64,000 nucleotides of DNA from Planctomycetota bacterium (GTDB lineage: Bacteria; Planctomycetota; B15-G4; SIAN01), in NCBI GenBank assembly GCA_031409275.1, contig JANNXA010000040.1:32001-96000 (forward strand), in the 5' to 3' direction. Made by a program: the position numbers and the translations under genes. Shown one piece after another: positions 19,309 through 27,718 of this stretch. Numbering within the stretch: the stretch's first letter is position 1; the number at the start of each line of letters is the position of its first letter. The notes under the pieces are model-generated. The model was not told the DNA's origin. It did no database searches and saw nothing but the letters and a program-made list of their open reading frames with translations.

Positions 19309-19355
19309 ACCGGACGTTGCGAGGCCGCTACGGCGCCAAGCGAAATCGACGACGC

Positions 19356-20429
19356 TCAGCGTCCAGGAACACCGGGCGTCGTGAGCCACGCCTGCGCCGC
19401 ATCGAACTGGTTCGCCGCCTTCTCGAAGTCGACCTCCATCACCTTGAGGTCGCTGATGCGGCGCACCCATGGCGGCGCCACGACGTCCGCGCGCAGCGGG
19501 ATCTGAGCGGAGGCCGAAGCGGCGAGTTTCGCCTCCGTCTCGCGCGAGAGGACGTAGTCGATGAACTTCTTGGCGTACTCGGGATGCGGCGCGCCCTTCA
19601 CCAGCGAGATGGTGTTCGGGATGACGAGGCAGCCGAGTTCGTCCTCGCCCTGATCGGGGTAGACGCAGCGCACCGGATAGCCATCGACTTCAGCCACGCG
19701 GTAGTCGTCGGAGTCGGTGAAGCCGTACTCGAACTCGCCGGCTCGCACCGAGCGCATCACGTGCGCGTTGCCGGTCAGCAGCCCCGTCTGGTTCTGGTGC
19801 AAGCCGCTCCACCACTCCTTCGCCCGCGCTTCGCCGAGCCGATCGAAAAGGACCGCGAGGTGGGTCGCCGTAGTGCCCGCCACGGGCTTCGCGATGGCCC
19901 ACTTCCCTTTGCGCACGGGATCGAGGTAGTCGAGGTAGGACTTCGGCGTCTGCTCGGGCGGGCAGCTCGAATGCACGATGAAGACGCGCGCGCGCGCGGC
20001 GAAGCCGGTCCAGAACCCCGCCGGATCCTTGAACGCAGCGGGAATGTCCGCAGCCGACGGGCTGACGTAGGGCTCGAGGCAGCCGAAGTTCTTCAGGCGG
20101 ATCGTGTTGACGATCTCGTTGTTCCAGAAGACATCCGCCTTCGGGTGCTCCTTCTCGAGCTTGATCTGGTTGGCGAGGCCGACGGTCTTGGTGATCTCGT
20201 TGTCAGCCTGGAGGCGGACGAAGAGCCCGGTCGCCGCGGTGAACTCCTTCAGGATCGCGTCGGCGTACTCGAGGTCGAGCGCGCAGTAGACAACGACCTC
20301 CTCACGCTCCTCCGCGCAGCTCGAAGCGAGCGCGAGGGGCAGCAGTGCCGCCGCGAGCCCGAGCACGAGCCGCGTCGAGCGCGACGAGACGTGGTGGCGT
20401 GGTGACGTCCGCTGCGTGGTCGGATGCAT
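19356..20429 (-). CDS. ABC transporter solute-binding lipoprotein, Fe3+-binding FbpA/FutA-like family
   Basis: LASSC lipobox; VVVYCALD, ADVFWNNE, WTGFAARARV, TDSDD, VIPNT, AKKFIDYVLS. Confidence 0.8.
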   Translation of the reverse strand: MHPTTQRTSPRHHVSSRSTRLVLGLAAALLPLALASSCAEEREEVVVYCALDLEYADAILKEFTAATGLFVRLQADNEITKTVGLANQIKLEKEHPKADVFWNNEIVNTIRLKNFGCLEPYVSPSAADIPAAFKDPAGFWTGFAARARVFIVHSSCPPEQTPKSYLDYLDPVRKGKWAIAKPVAGTTATHLAVLFDRLGEARAKEWWSGLHQNQTGLLTGNAHVMRSVRAGEFEYGFTDSDDYRVAEVDGYPVRCVYPDQGEDELGCLVIPNTISLVKGAPHPEYAKKFIDYVLSRETEAKLAASASAQIPLRADVVAPPWVRRISDLKVMEVDFEKAANQFDAAQAWLTTPGVPGR

Positions 20430-20483
20430 GCCGAGGCTCCCAACAGGCGACGCGAAAGCGAGTCGCTCTCAGCGCAAATGCTC

Positions 20484-20499
20484 CGCAATCGCGGCGCCA
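20484..20499 (-). promoter_or_regulatory. Candidate sigma54 (-24/-12) promoter
   Basis: Minus strand TGGCGCCGCGATTGCG with GG-N10-GC spacing; intergenic, ~55 nt upstream of the SBP ATG. Confidence 0.5.
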
Positions 20500-20537
20500 A
20501 GGAAGCGAGGGGCCGGAAGCTCTCGCCGAGGTGGCCC

Positions 20538-21734
20538 TCAGCGAGCACCGCCACCGGCGGGCGCAGGTGCGCCGTCGGCAGGCGGGGTGGCGTCGGCCGC
20601 GCCGTCGGCGGGCGGCGCTGCCGGATCCGGGGCTCCATCCGTCGGCGTCGTGCCATCGGCCGGGGGCGTCGTGCCATCGGCAGGAGCCGCCGGCGGTGCG
20701 GGCGGCGCCTCGAGCAGATCGTCAACGTTCTTCACGAGGTAGTCGCCCTTCCAACCTTCGATCCAGAAGAGGGTCCGGGCGTCGGCGGTCTTGCAGGCGT
20801 ACTTGCCTTCCTTGTCCTTGTTGCCGATCAGCAGCACGGTCTTCGCCTCGGACGCGCCTTCGCGCGTGACGCGAATCGAAAACTGTGGCGGATCGAGGCC
20901 GAGTTCGGCCGCGCTCTCCTTGCCGGAATGGAACGCGCTGCACTCGAGCTTCGCGGCGTAGCCAGCGATGCTGTCGCACATCCACTTCTTGGCACGACCA
21001 GCCTTCGGCGCGACGACGTTCCAGACCGTCTCCTTCACCTCGACTTCAGGCGTCGCCGGCGGCGTCGCCCCCTCGGCCACCGCCTTCTCGCCCATCACTT
21101 TTTCGCGAGCCAGCACCAGGGTGCCCGTGCCGCTGGTGATCTCGATCTGGGTGATCTGATCAGCCGCACCGTGGTCGAACATCGTCTTGTCGCGCCACGT
21201 GTCGCCGCTGCTCGGACCGAAGTCCGAGGTCGACGCCGCGACCTTGCGAATCGCCTTCTCGGTCGGGAGCTTGAGGAAGGCGTTCTTCCAGTCGTTGTCG
21301 ATCTTGCTGAGCACGAACTGCGCGACGGGAGCGCCCGACTTGCCGGCAGCGCCCCACACCGTGACGTTCACCGCCTTGGCGCCATCGAGCCCATATTTGA
21401 CGACATCGCCCTGCGTCGACTGCACGACCCCCTTGGTCATCTTCTCGACCGCGCCGAGCAGCTTGTCGACCAGCGTCTTGTCGGCTCGGCCGTCGCCCTC
21501 GGTGACAACCTTCCAGTGGTCGCCGTCCTTCGCCAACTCGACGCGCTTTCCTTCGGGTCCGTCCACCACGATCGCGGCGACGTCGTCCTTTTTGAAGTCG
21601 GCGAAGAGCGTGGCGCCGGAGGCGGCCGTCTCTGTGTCGTCGTAGCGGCCGCCGCTCAACATCTTGAACGCCGACAGAGCGGCGAGCACCGCCACCACGG
21701 CGATCAGTTTTGCATTGGTTCCGAGCTTGCCCAT
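20538..21734 (-). CDS. DUF4340 domain protein with Pro/Ala/Asp-rich tail
   Basis: N-terminal TM, KYGLD and ELGLDPP repeats, LLIG; lies downstream of GldG as is usual. Confidence 0.75.
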   Translation of the reverse strand: MGKLGTNAKLIAVVAVLAALSAFKMLSGGRYDDTETAASGATLFADFKKDDVAAIVVDGPEGKRVELAKDGDHWKVVTEGDGRADKTLVDKLLGAVEKMTKGVVQSTQGDVVKYGLDGAKAVNVTVWGAAGKSGAPVAQFVLSKIDNDWKNAFLKLPTEKAIRKVAASTSDFGPSSGDTWRDKTMFDHGAADQITQIEITSGTGTLVLAREKVMGEKAVAEGATPPATPEVEVKETVWNVVAPKAGRAKKWMCDSIAGYAAKLECSAFHSGKESAAELGLDPPQFSIRVTREGASEAKTVLLIGNKDKEGKYACKTADARTLFWIEGWKGDYLVKNVDDLLEAPPAPPAAPADGTTPPADGTTPTDGAPDPAAPPADGAADATPPADGAPAPAGGGAR

Positions 21735-21772
21735 CGCGTCGTTCGCTCCTTGCGCAGCGCGTCAGCGCCGAC

Positions 21773-24412
21773 TCAGCTCTTCGCCATCGCGGCCATGCGG
21801 CGGCGCGCCGCGGCCGGCCGGATGCTGCGACGCCACGTGTAGGTGAACAGTCCGAATGCCGCGAGCATCAGCGGCGTCGCGAACCAACCGAAGACCCATG
21901 CCATGTTCTTCGCAGCGGGCGAAGGGTCCTCGAAGCTCGGCGCCTCGAAGCGCTTGGCGCGCAGGCTCGAGAGGCTCTCCGCAGAGAGGTAGTCGATCGC
22001 GCTTTGCAGGAAGAGGTCGTTGCGCATGCGACCGCCGACGAGCCCCTCACCGACGAACTCGCTGGTCCCGATCACGACGATCTTGGCTTGCTGGGTGGTC
22101 GACTTGAGGTAGTCGACCTCTTTCTTCGGGGCGACCTCAGTCGGAGGCGCCACGGCCTGCGGGTCGGCGGGTGGAGCGACGACGGGCGCGACCGCACCTG
22201 CGTCCTGCGAAGCGTCGAAGTCGTTGACGCGCGGACCGCCGCGACCGCCCGCTCCGTCCGCGGGCGGCTCGACGGGGAGGTCGTTGCCGTCCATCAGGTC
22301 ACCGAAGGGTGAGCCCTGCGCGCCGTGGTCGTGGCCATCGTCGGCCGAATGGCCGTCGTCGGCCGGCTTGCCGTCGACGATCTCCGCCGGGAGCGGACGC
22401 GCCGTGAAGAACGACTGGAAGTCGCCTTCGAGGAGCCCCGCCAGCAGGAACTGTTCCTTGTAGGTATCGGGCGAGCTTTCCGGGTTCTTCTCGTCGAGCA
22501 GCTTCTCGAACGAGACGTCGATGAAGCCGTCGAGTTTCTTCGCGTGCAGGCTGCTCTTCACGAGCGGGAAGGCCTTCACTCCCGGCTTCGGCGTGAGCTC
22601 GATCGAAGAGGGCCACAGGAAGACGATGTCGCTGAAGCGCGCCGAAAGCGGGTGCTCCTGGTCGATCGAGTCGCCCACCACCATCGGGAAGGCGGGATAC
22701 GACACGTAGACCGGGAACGGGAAGCTCGGGTCGCGGCGCGGCAGCTGCGCGCACTGCAGGTCGACCACGACGTCCTTGTTGATCTTGAAACCGTAGTGCT
22801 GGAAGAAGTCATCAGGCGCCTTCTCCGCGGCCGAGCGCATGAACGGCGAGCCGCCGCCCCCGCCCATCCCGCCGCCGAAGCTCATCGGCTCGGAGCCCTC
22901 CGCCATCACGATCAAGCCGCCGCCGCGCATCAGGTACTGGTCGAGGTGGAACTTCTGGACGTCGCTCAAGCCCGCGCCGGAGTTGCACAGGATCAGCGCC
23001 TTCACGTCGTCCGGGACCTTCGACTTCAGGTCGACGGTCGTCGTGTCGTACTCGGTCTTGAGCGCGGCATCCATCGCGGCGAGATCGCCGCTCGGCGTGT
23101 GGCGATCCTGGCTTGGCGGCCGTTGCATCCCTGGAATCTGCATGCCGCCGAAGGGGTCATTCAGCTGCCAGGCGACTTTGCTTGGCCCCTTGCGGGTCAT
23201 CTTGGCGATGCGCCGGATGAGGTCGTACTCGAGCGTCTGCGTGTCGGGGACGAACGGCAGCTTGTCGCTGACAGTGCCGTAGTCGATGGTCATTCCGAGG
23301 TAGGCGACTTTCACCTCAAGCTTGTCGGTGTTGGCCGAGTTGATCTGCGCCGGGCGAATGCCCGCGGCCTCCGCCGCCTTCTTCAGCTCCTCGCTCTTGT
23401 CGGGGTCGATGACCTCGACCTTCAAGTGAGTCGTGTAGGACTCGAACTCGCGGATCAGGTCCTCGATGTCGCGACGCGTGTTGGTGAACTCGGTCGGCAC
23501 GTCCGAGGAGAGGTACGCCGTCAGGCGCAGGTCGTCATCGAGGCGGCTGAGGATGCGCTTGGTGTCGCTCGACAGCGAGTAGCGCGAGTTCTCGGTGAGG
23601 TCGATGCGGAAGAAGTGGCCTGCCGCGAGGAAGTTGACGAGGATCGCGATGGCGCCCGTCAGCAACACCGTGATGCCGCGCCCCTTGCGGCGACGCACGG
23701 CCCAGACGTTCGCCACCAGGAAGAAGGTGATGAACGACAAGTAGTAGAGCAGGTCGCGCGAGTCGACGACGCCGCGCGCGATCGAGTGGAAGTGCGTGCC
23801 GAGCGAGAGCTGGTAGAGGAAGGGGCCGAGCCAGGCGATCCATTTCCAGCTCGGGATGACCGCAATGACCGGGTCGAGCCCGCAGAGCAGGAAGAAGAAC
23901 GATCCGACCACTGCGATCACCAGCGAGATGATCTGGTTCTCGGTGAATGCGGAGGCGGCCACGCCGATGGCTGCGTACGCGGCGCCAAGCAGCAGCGCGC
24001 CGATGAAGCCACCGAGGATCGGGCCGGGATCAGGCGCGCCGAACCAGGCGACGACACCGGCGAGTGGCGCGAGGCACAACAACCAGACCGCCACGACGCC
24101 GACCGACGCGAGGTACTTGCCGAGGACCAGCTCCCCATCCTTGAGCGGCAGGGTCAGAAGCGTCTCGACCGTTCCTGACCGTTTCTCCTCGGCCCACAGC
24201 CGCATGGTCACGGCGGGCGCGTAGAAGAGGAAGAGCCACGGCAGGAACTCGAAGAGGCCGCGCATCGACGCCTGCTTCTGCACGAAGAAGCTGCCGACGG
24301 CGAAGAAGAACCAGCCACCCAGCATGGTGAAGACGAACAGGATCACCCAGCCGATGGGCGTCTGGAAGTAGGTCCGGAATTCCTTCCAGGCGACGACGAG
24401 CGCGTTGCGCAT
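21773..24412 (-). CDS. GldF-GldG fusion (ABC-2 permease + auxiliary component)
   Basis: KEFRTYFQTPIGW, TMRLWAEEKRSGTVETLLTLP, RGVVDSRD, then RIDLTENSRYSLS, LEYDL, LDQYLMRGG. Confidence 0.85.
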   Translation of the reverse strand: MRNALVVAWKEFRTYFQTPIGWVILFVFTMLGGWFFFAVGSFFVQKQASMRGLFEFLPWLFLFYAPAVTMRLWAEEKRSGTVETLLTLPLKDGELVLGKYLASVGVVAVWLLCLAPLAGVVAWFGAPDPGPILGGFIGALLLGAAYAAIGVAASAFTENQIISLVIAVVGSFFFLLCGLDPVIAVIPSWKWIAWLGPFLYQLSLGTHFHSIARGVVDSRDLLYYLSFITFFLVANVWAVRRRKGRGITVLLTGAIAILVNFLAAGHFFRIDLTENSRYSLSSDTKRILSRLDDDLRLTAYLSSDVPTEFTNTRRDIEDLIREFESYTTHLKVEVIDPDKSEELKKAAEAAGIRPAQINSANTDKLEVKVAYLGMTIDYGTVSDKLPFVPDTQTLEYDLIRRIAKMTRKGPSKVAWQLNDPFGGMQIPGMQRPPSQDRHTPSGDLAAMDAALKTEYDTTTVDLKSKVPDDVKALILCNSGAGLSDVQKFHLDQYLMRGGGLIVMAEGSEPMSFGGGMGGGGGSPFMRSAAEKAPDDFFQHYGFKINKDVVVDLQCAQLPRRDPSFPFPVYVSYPAFPMVVGDSIDQEHPLSARFSDIVFLWPSSIELTPKPGVKAFPLVKSSLHAKKLDGFIDVSFEKLLDEKNPESSPDTYKEQFLLAGLLEGDFQSFFTARPLPAEIVDGKPADDGHSADDGHDHGAQGSPFGDLMDGNDLPVEPPADGAGGRGGPRVNDFDASQDAGAVAPVVAPPADPQAVAPPTEVAPKKEVDYLKSTTQQAKIVVIGTSEFVGEGLVGGRMRNDLFLQSAIDYLSAESLSSLRAKRFEAPSFEDPSPAAKNMAWVFGWFATPLMLAAFGLFTYTWRRSIRPAAARRRMAAMAKS

Positions 24413-24428
24413 GAGTCGGGTTGCTCCT

Positions 24429-25379
24429 TCAGCTCGCCGCGTCGACGCTGCGCGTCAACTGGGCGAAGACGTCCTCGAGCGACTCGCGGCGCGCGAGCAA
24501 CTCGGTGAGGACGAGGCCGTTCTTCACGGCGAATTCGAAGACCTGGTCGCCGCCGACCTGCCCCTGGTCGCTGCGGGTCGCGAGCGTGAGTCGCGCCCCG
24601 CCCGATTCCGATCCGAGCCGTTCGACCGACGTGACGAACGGCGCGCGCCGGAAGGCGGCCGCCGCGGCGTCGGCCGCGCCCCGCACGCCGACGGTGAAGA
24701 TCGTGCCGCCCTGCTTCAGCGCGGTGAGCCCCTGCGCCGTGTCGTTCGCCACCACGCGACCGAAGGCGATGATGATCACTCGATCGCACGTCGCCTCGAC
24801 CTCGGGCAGGATGTGCGTCGAGAGCAGGATCGTCTTCTTCTCGGCGATGCGCTTGATGAGGTTCCGGATCTCGACGATCTGGTTGGGGTCGAGGCCCGAA
24901 GTCGGCTCGTCGAGGACGAGGAAGTCCGGATCGTGGAGCAGCGTCGCCGCGAGTCCGACGCGCTGGCGGTACCCCTTCGAGAGCTGGCCGACCTCGCGGT
25001 CGAGCACTTCGGCGAGGCCACAGTCGTCGATCATCTGCGCGATGCGAGCGCGACGCGTGGACCGCTCGACGCCGCGGATCTGGCCGATGTAGTCGAGGTA
25101 CGGCTCGATCGTCATCTCGGGATAGAGCGGCGCGGACTCGGGCAGGTAGCCGAGCTTGCGCCTGACCTCGATCGGGCTCGAGAGGACGCTGTCACCGTCG
25201 ATCACCGCGTCGCCCGAGTCGGGCGCGAGGTAGGTGGTGAGCATGCGCATGGTCGTGGTCTTCCCGGCGCCGTTGGGGCCGAGGAAGCCGACGATCTCGC
25301 CGCGCTCGATGTCGAACGACACGTCGTCGACGGCGCGCCGCTCTCCGAATGTCTTGACGAGACCCTTCACCTGGATCAA
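24429..25379 (-). CDS. ABC transporter ATP-binding protein, GldA-like
   Basis: GPNGAGKTT, LSKGYRQRVGLA, LDEPTSGLDP, STH; TTG start with upstream GGAG. Confidence 0.9.
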   Translation of the reverse strand: MIQVKGLVKTFGERRAVDDVSFDIERGEIVGFLGPNGAGKTTTMRMLTTYLAPDSGDAVIDGDSVLSSPIEVRRKLGYLPESAPLYPEMTIEPYLDYIGQIRGVERSTRRARIAQMIDDCGLAEVLDREVGQLSKGYRQRVGLAATLLHDPDFLVLDEPTSGLDPNQIVEIRNLIKRIAEKKTILLSTHILPEVEATCDRVIIIAFGRVVANDTAQGLTALKQGGTIFTVGVRGAADAAAAAFRRAPFVTSVERLGSESGGARLTLATRSDQGQVGGDQVFEFAVKNGLVLTELLARRESLEDVFAQLTRSVDAAS

Positions 25380-25632
25380 AGGCCGATCTCCCGCGGGATG
25401 CTGCCGCCCGCTCGTTCCACGTCGAATTCGACGCAGCCGGGGACGGCGGCCCCTGGCGACGCACGACACGCCAAGGTGCTGCCCTGCGCCGCCCAGAGCC
25501 CCGGCGCGCGAAGGGAGGGCGCTCGAACGAGAGCCATCCCGAACTGACGCGCTCTACGGACCGGGCGACGAAGAGTTGGGGGATCCTAGCGGCTCCCGCG
25601 CCCCGGCTCGACTGTCGGCTGAGCGGAGCGCG

Positions 25633-26145
25633 TCAGTTCTTGGGGCGATTCGCGGACGCGCGAACCACGCGTCCACCGCCGGCGAGCGCCGCCTGGACCG
25701 CGGCGGCCTCGGCCGCCTTGGCAAGCGAGTCGAAGAAGATCGTCGCCCGTGCGTCGAGCGTGGCGATGCCGATCGACGCGGTCAGTTGCATCGACTCGCC
25801 CCCCAACGAGAACGGCTGCTTGGCGACCGCGGCGAGGATCCGATCGGCAACCGCTCCGGCGCCTTCCATGGTCGCGTGCGGGAGGAGCAGTGCCAGGCGA
25901 TCGTGATAGTGGCCGATCGCGTCGCTCGCGCGCAGTTGCGCCTGGATCAACGGCACGAGCGCTGAGAACGCCTCGTCGCGGACGCTGCCGCCGAACTTCT
26001 CGCGCAGCGGGTCGATCCCATCGAGACCGACCGCGATGCAGCTGAGGGGGAAGGCGTAGCGGCGCGCGCGGCCGAACTCGATGCGGAGCGCGTTCTGGAA
26101 CTGTGCGTAGGCGAGGAGAGGAGTACCGGTGCTGAAGGGGTCCAT
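25633..26145 (-). CDS. Stand-alone degenerate GGDEF-domain protein
   Basis: EFGRARRY..PLS, LRASDAIGHYHDRLALLLP, LTASIGIA; GG(D/E)EF is absent. SD-like GAGGA before ATG 26145. Confidence 0.75.
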   Translation of the reverse strand: MDPFSTGTPLLAYAQFQNALRIEFGRARRYAFPLSCIAVGLDGIDPLREKFGGSVRDEAFSALVPLIQAQLRASDAIGHYHDRLALLLPHATMEGAGAVADRILAAVAKQPFSLGGESMQLTASIGIATLDARATIFFDSLAKAAEAAAVQAALAGGGRVVRASANRPKN

Positions 26146-26196
26146 ACCGTCCTCTTCGTGAGTCGGGGCTGAGGTCGCCATCGGCTCGGTACGAAC

Positions 26197-26233
26197 AAAA
26201 AAAAGAGTTTCCCCCGCGGACGGGGGAAACTCT
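26197..26233 (-). terminator. Rho-independent terminator
   Basis: Minus strand AGAGTTTCCCCCG-TCCG-CGGGGGAAACTCT (perfect 13-bp stem) followed by 7 further T. Confidence 0.9.
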
Positions 26234-26600
26234 CTTGCACCTCGACTTCCGTTGATCAGAGATGGCGGTTGGGGAGGGGAAAGACTCCGACCACCGGAAG
26301 GATGCGAGGCGCAATCAGTCTTTGGTTGGTTGGTTCCGCAGTTCCATGGTCACTTGAGGCGTGAAGGTCAGATACCCCGAGTCGTGGTCGTTGCCAGTGA
26401 AGCTGCTGAACTTTCGTTCTTGCGCTCTCGATCCTTCAGCCCGACCACAAGAGGCGGAACGCGTTTCCGTACAAGCTGTGGTCATCTCGTCGAGGAGTCG
26501 AGGAGCGCGAACGCGGATGGGCAAGGTAGCCTCGATCGACGCTTGATTGAAGGGCTCGCTTTTCTTTCGATCTGAAACAGATCTAAGGAGAACCACTTAG
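26197..26600 (-). ncRNA. Candidate structured sRNA or regulatory leader
   Basis: About 57% GC by hand count over 26221-26580; several stems; ends in the terminator; no convincing ORF. 5' end unknown. Confidence 0.45.
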
Positions 26601-27554
26601 TTGTTCGGATTCCAATCCGCCCGCGAGGATCGCCGACGCGCGGCGCGATTCCGAACCCTCGCGACGCTCCTCGACGGAGGCGTCTCGCTGCTCACGGCGC
26701 TGCCCCGGGTGGGCATCGCGCCACCCGCGACGACGACGCCGCCTCACGCCTTCCCCATCGGGCAGCTGCTCGCCCCGGGGGACGGGCGTCCGGAACTCGC
26801 CGCCGAACGGGCCGCGATCGATGCCGCCTCCCGAGCCGGCGAACTGCCTGCCACGCTGATCACGCTCGCGGATGACCTCGAGATCCTCCTCGCCGCTCGT
26901 CGGACGTTCCTCGCGCGGCTCGCCTATCCCCTCCTCGTGCTGCACCTCACGCCAGTCGCCGCCACGACGGCCGACCTGCTGACCCGACCCGGCCGCTTCT
27001 TCGGCAACGTGGCGCTCGCCTACCTGCTGCTGTGGTCGATTCTGGCGGCGATCGCGGCCGCGCTCGCGCACCTCCAGCGCAGCGCCGCGGGGATGGCTCG
27101 ATTGGCCCGGCTGCCGCTGCTCGGTCCGCCGATCGTCCTCTTGGCGCGCGCCCGCTACTTCCGCCTGCTCGCCGTCCTGGAGGGCTCCGGCGTGCTGCGT
27201 CACGAAGCGCTGACGACCGCGACGGCGGCACTCGGCACGGCGATCGAAACGGATGGCTACGCCGAGTTCGCGCTGCGCATGCGACGGGGAGACCCGCCCG
27301 AGCAGGCGCTCGCGGCGTTGCACCGGCTGCCGATGGAAGAGCAAGGCGAACTCGCGGCCGCGCTCACCGTCGGCAGGTTCGAGGCGGCGGCGCGTCGCTG
27401 CGCCGACCGTGCCACCGAAGTGTGGCAGCGCGCGACGTCGCGCCTCGCCAAGGCGGCCGGAGCGTGTGCCTACGCGACCGCAGTCGTCCTGGTCGCCGTG
27501 AGCGTGCTGCGCTTCTACACGGCCTATCTCGCGGGCTTCAAACCGCCGCGCTAG
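26601..27554 (+). CDS. Type II secretion F / PilC-like inner-membrane platform protein
   Basis: TAAGGAG SD then TTG; FRTLATLLDGGVSL, ASRAGELPATL, LAYP, LPLLG, YFRLLAVLEGSGV; two T2SSF-like repeats with TM segments. Confidence 0.75.
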   Translation: MFGFQSAREDRRRAARFRTLATLLDGGVSLLTALPRVGIAPPATTTPPHAFPIGQLLAPGDGRPELAAERAAIDAASRAGELPATLITLADDLEILLAARRTFLARLAYPLLVLHLTPVAATTADLLTRPGRFFGNVALAYLLLWSILAAIAAALAHLQRSAAGMARLARLPLLGPPIVLLARARYFRLLAVLEGSGVLRHEALTTATAALGTAIETDGYAEFALRMRRGDPPEQALAALHRLPMEEQGELAAALTVGRFEAAARRCADRATEVWQRATSRLAKAAGACAYATAVVLVAVSVLRFYTAYLAGFKPPR

Positions 27555-27718
27555 CAGCCCGTTGGAGAACTCCCCGTGTCGCCTGGCGGCGTCTTTCAAG
27601 CCGGTACTTCGTCGGAGTCTCTCGACAACTCACAGGGGAGTTGGCTTCGAACCTCCTCCTCGTCCCGACTCGAAATTCGCTCGGCAGACTCGCGGTGACC
27701 TCTCCAACTGGCCGCTAG
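27551..27718. repeat. Palindromic MITE-like element 1, CTAG-bounded
   Basis: Terminal inverted repeat CTAGCAGCCCGTTGGAGA / TCTCCAACTGGCCGCTAG (16/18); inner stem AACTCCCCGTG / CACAGGGGAGTT. Confidence 0.6.

Noticed and set aside
19325..19340. TTGGCGCC on the minus strand between convergent genes
   Set aside because: It lacks the -12 TTGC and has no downstream gene in that orientation.
25530..25593. Possible degenerate third MITE copy (ATCCCGAACT...AGTTGGGGGAT-CCTAG)
   Set aside because: The inverted repeat is short and imperfect with only one CTAG; it cannot be distinguished from chance without a genome search.
26240..26480. CsrB/Rsm-type sRNA (several ANGGA motifs on the minus strand)
   Set aside because: Few motifs, and at least two are paired in stems rather than presented in loops.
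26315..26596. 93-aa minus-strand ORF in the low-GC region
   Set aside because: No SD, atypical codon usage, no motif, and it overlaps the SD of the divergent gene; kept only as an alternative to the ncRNA idea.
26165..26600. tmRNA, RNase P, SRP or c-di-GMP riboswitch identity for the structured region
   Set aside because: GGGGCTGA, GGGGAAAGACTCC and CCGGAAGG fragments occur, but the required surrounding consensus (T-loop/CCA end, GAGGAAAGUCC, CAGG...AGCAG, GGCAAAC...GGGACGCAAA) is absent.
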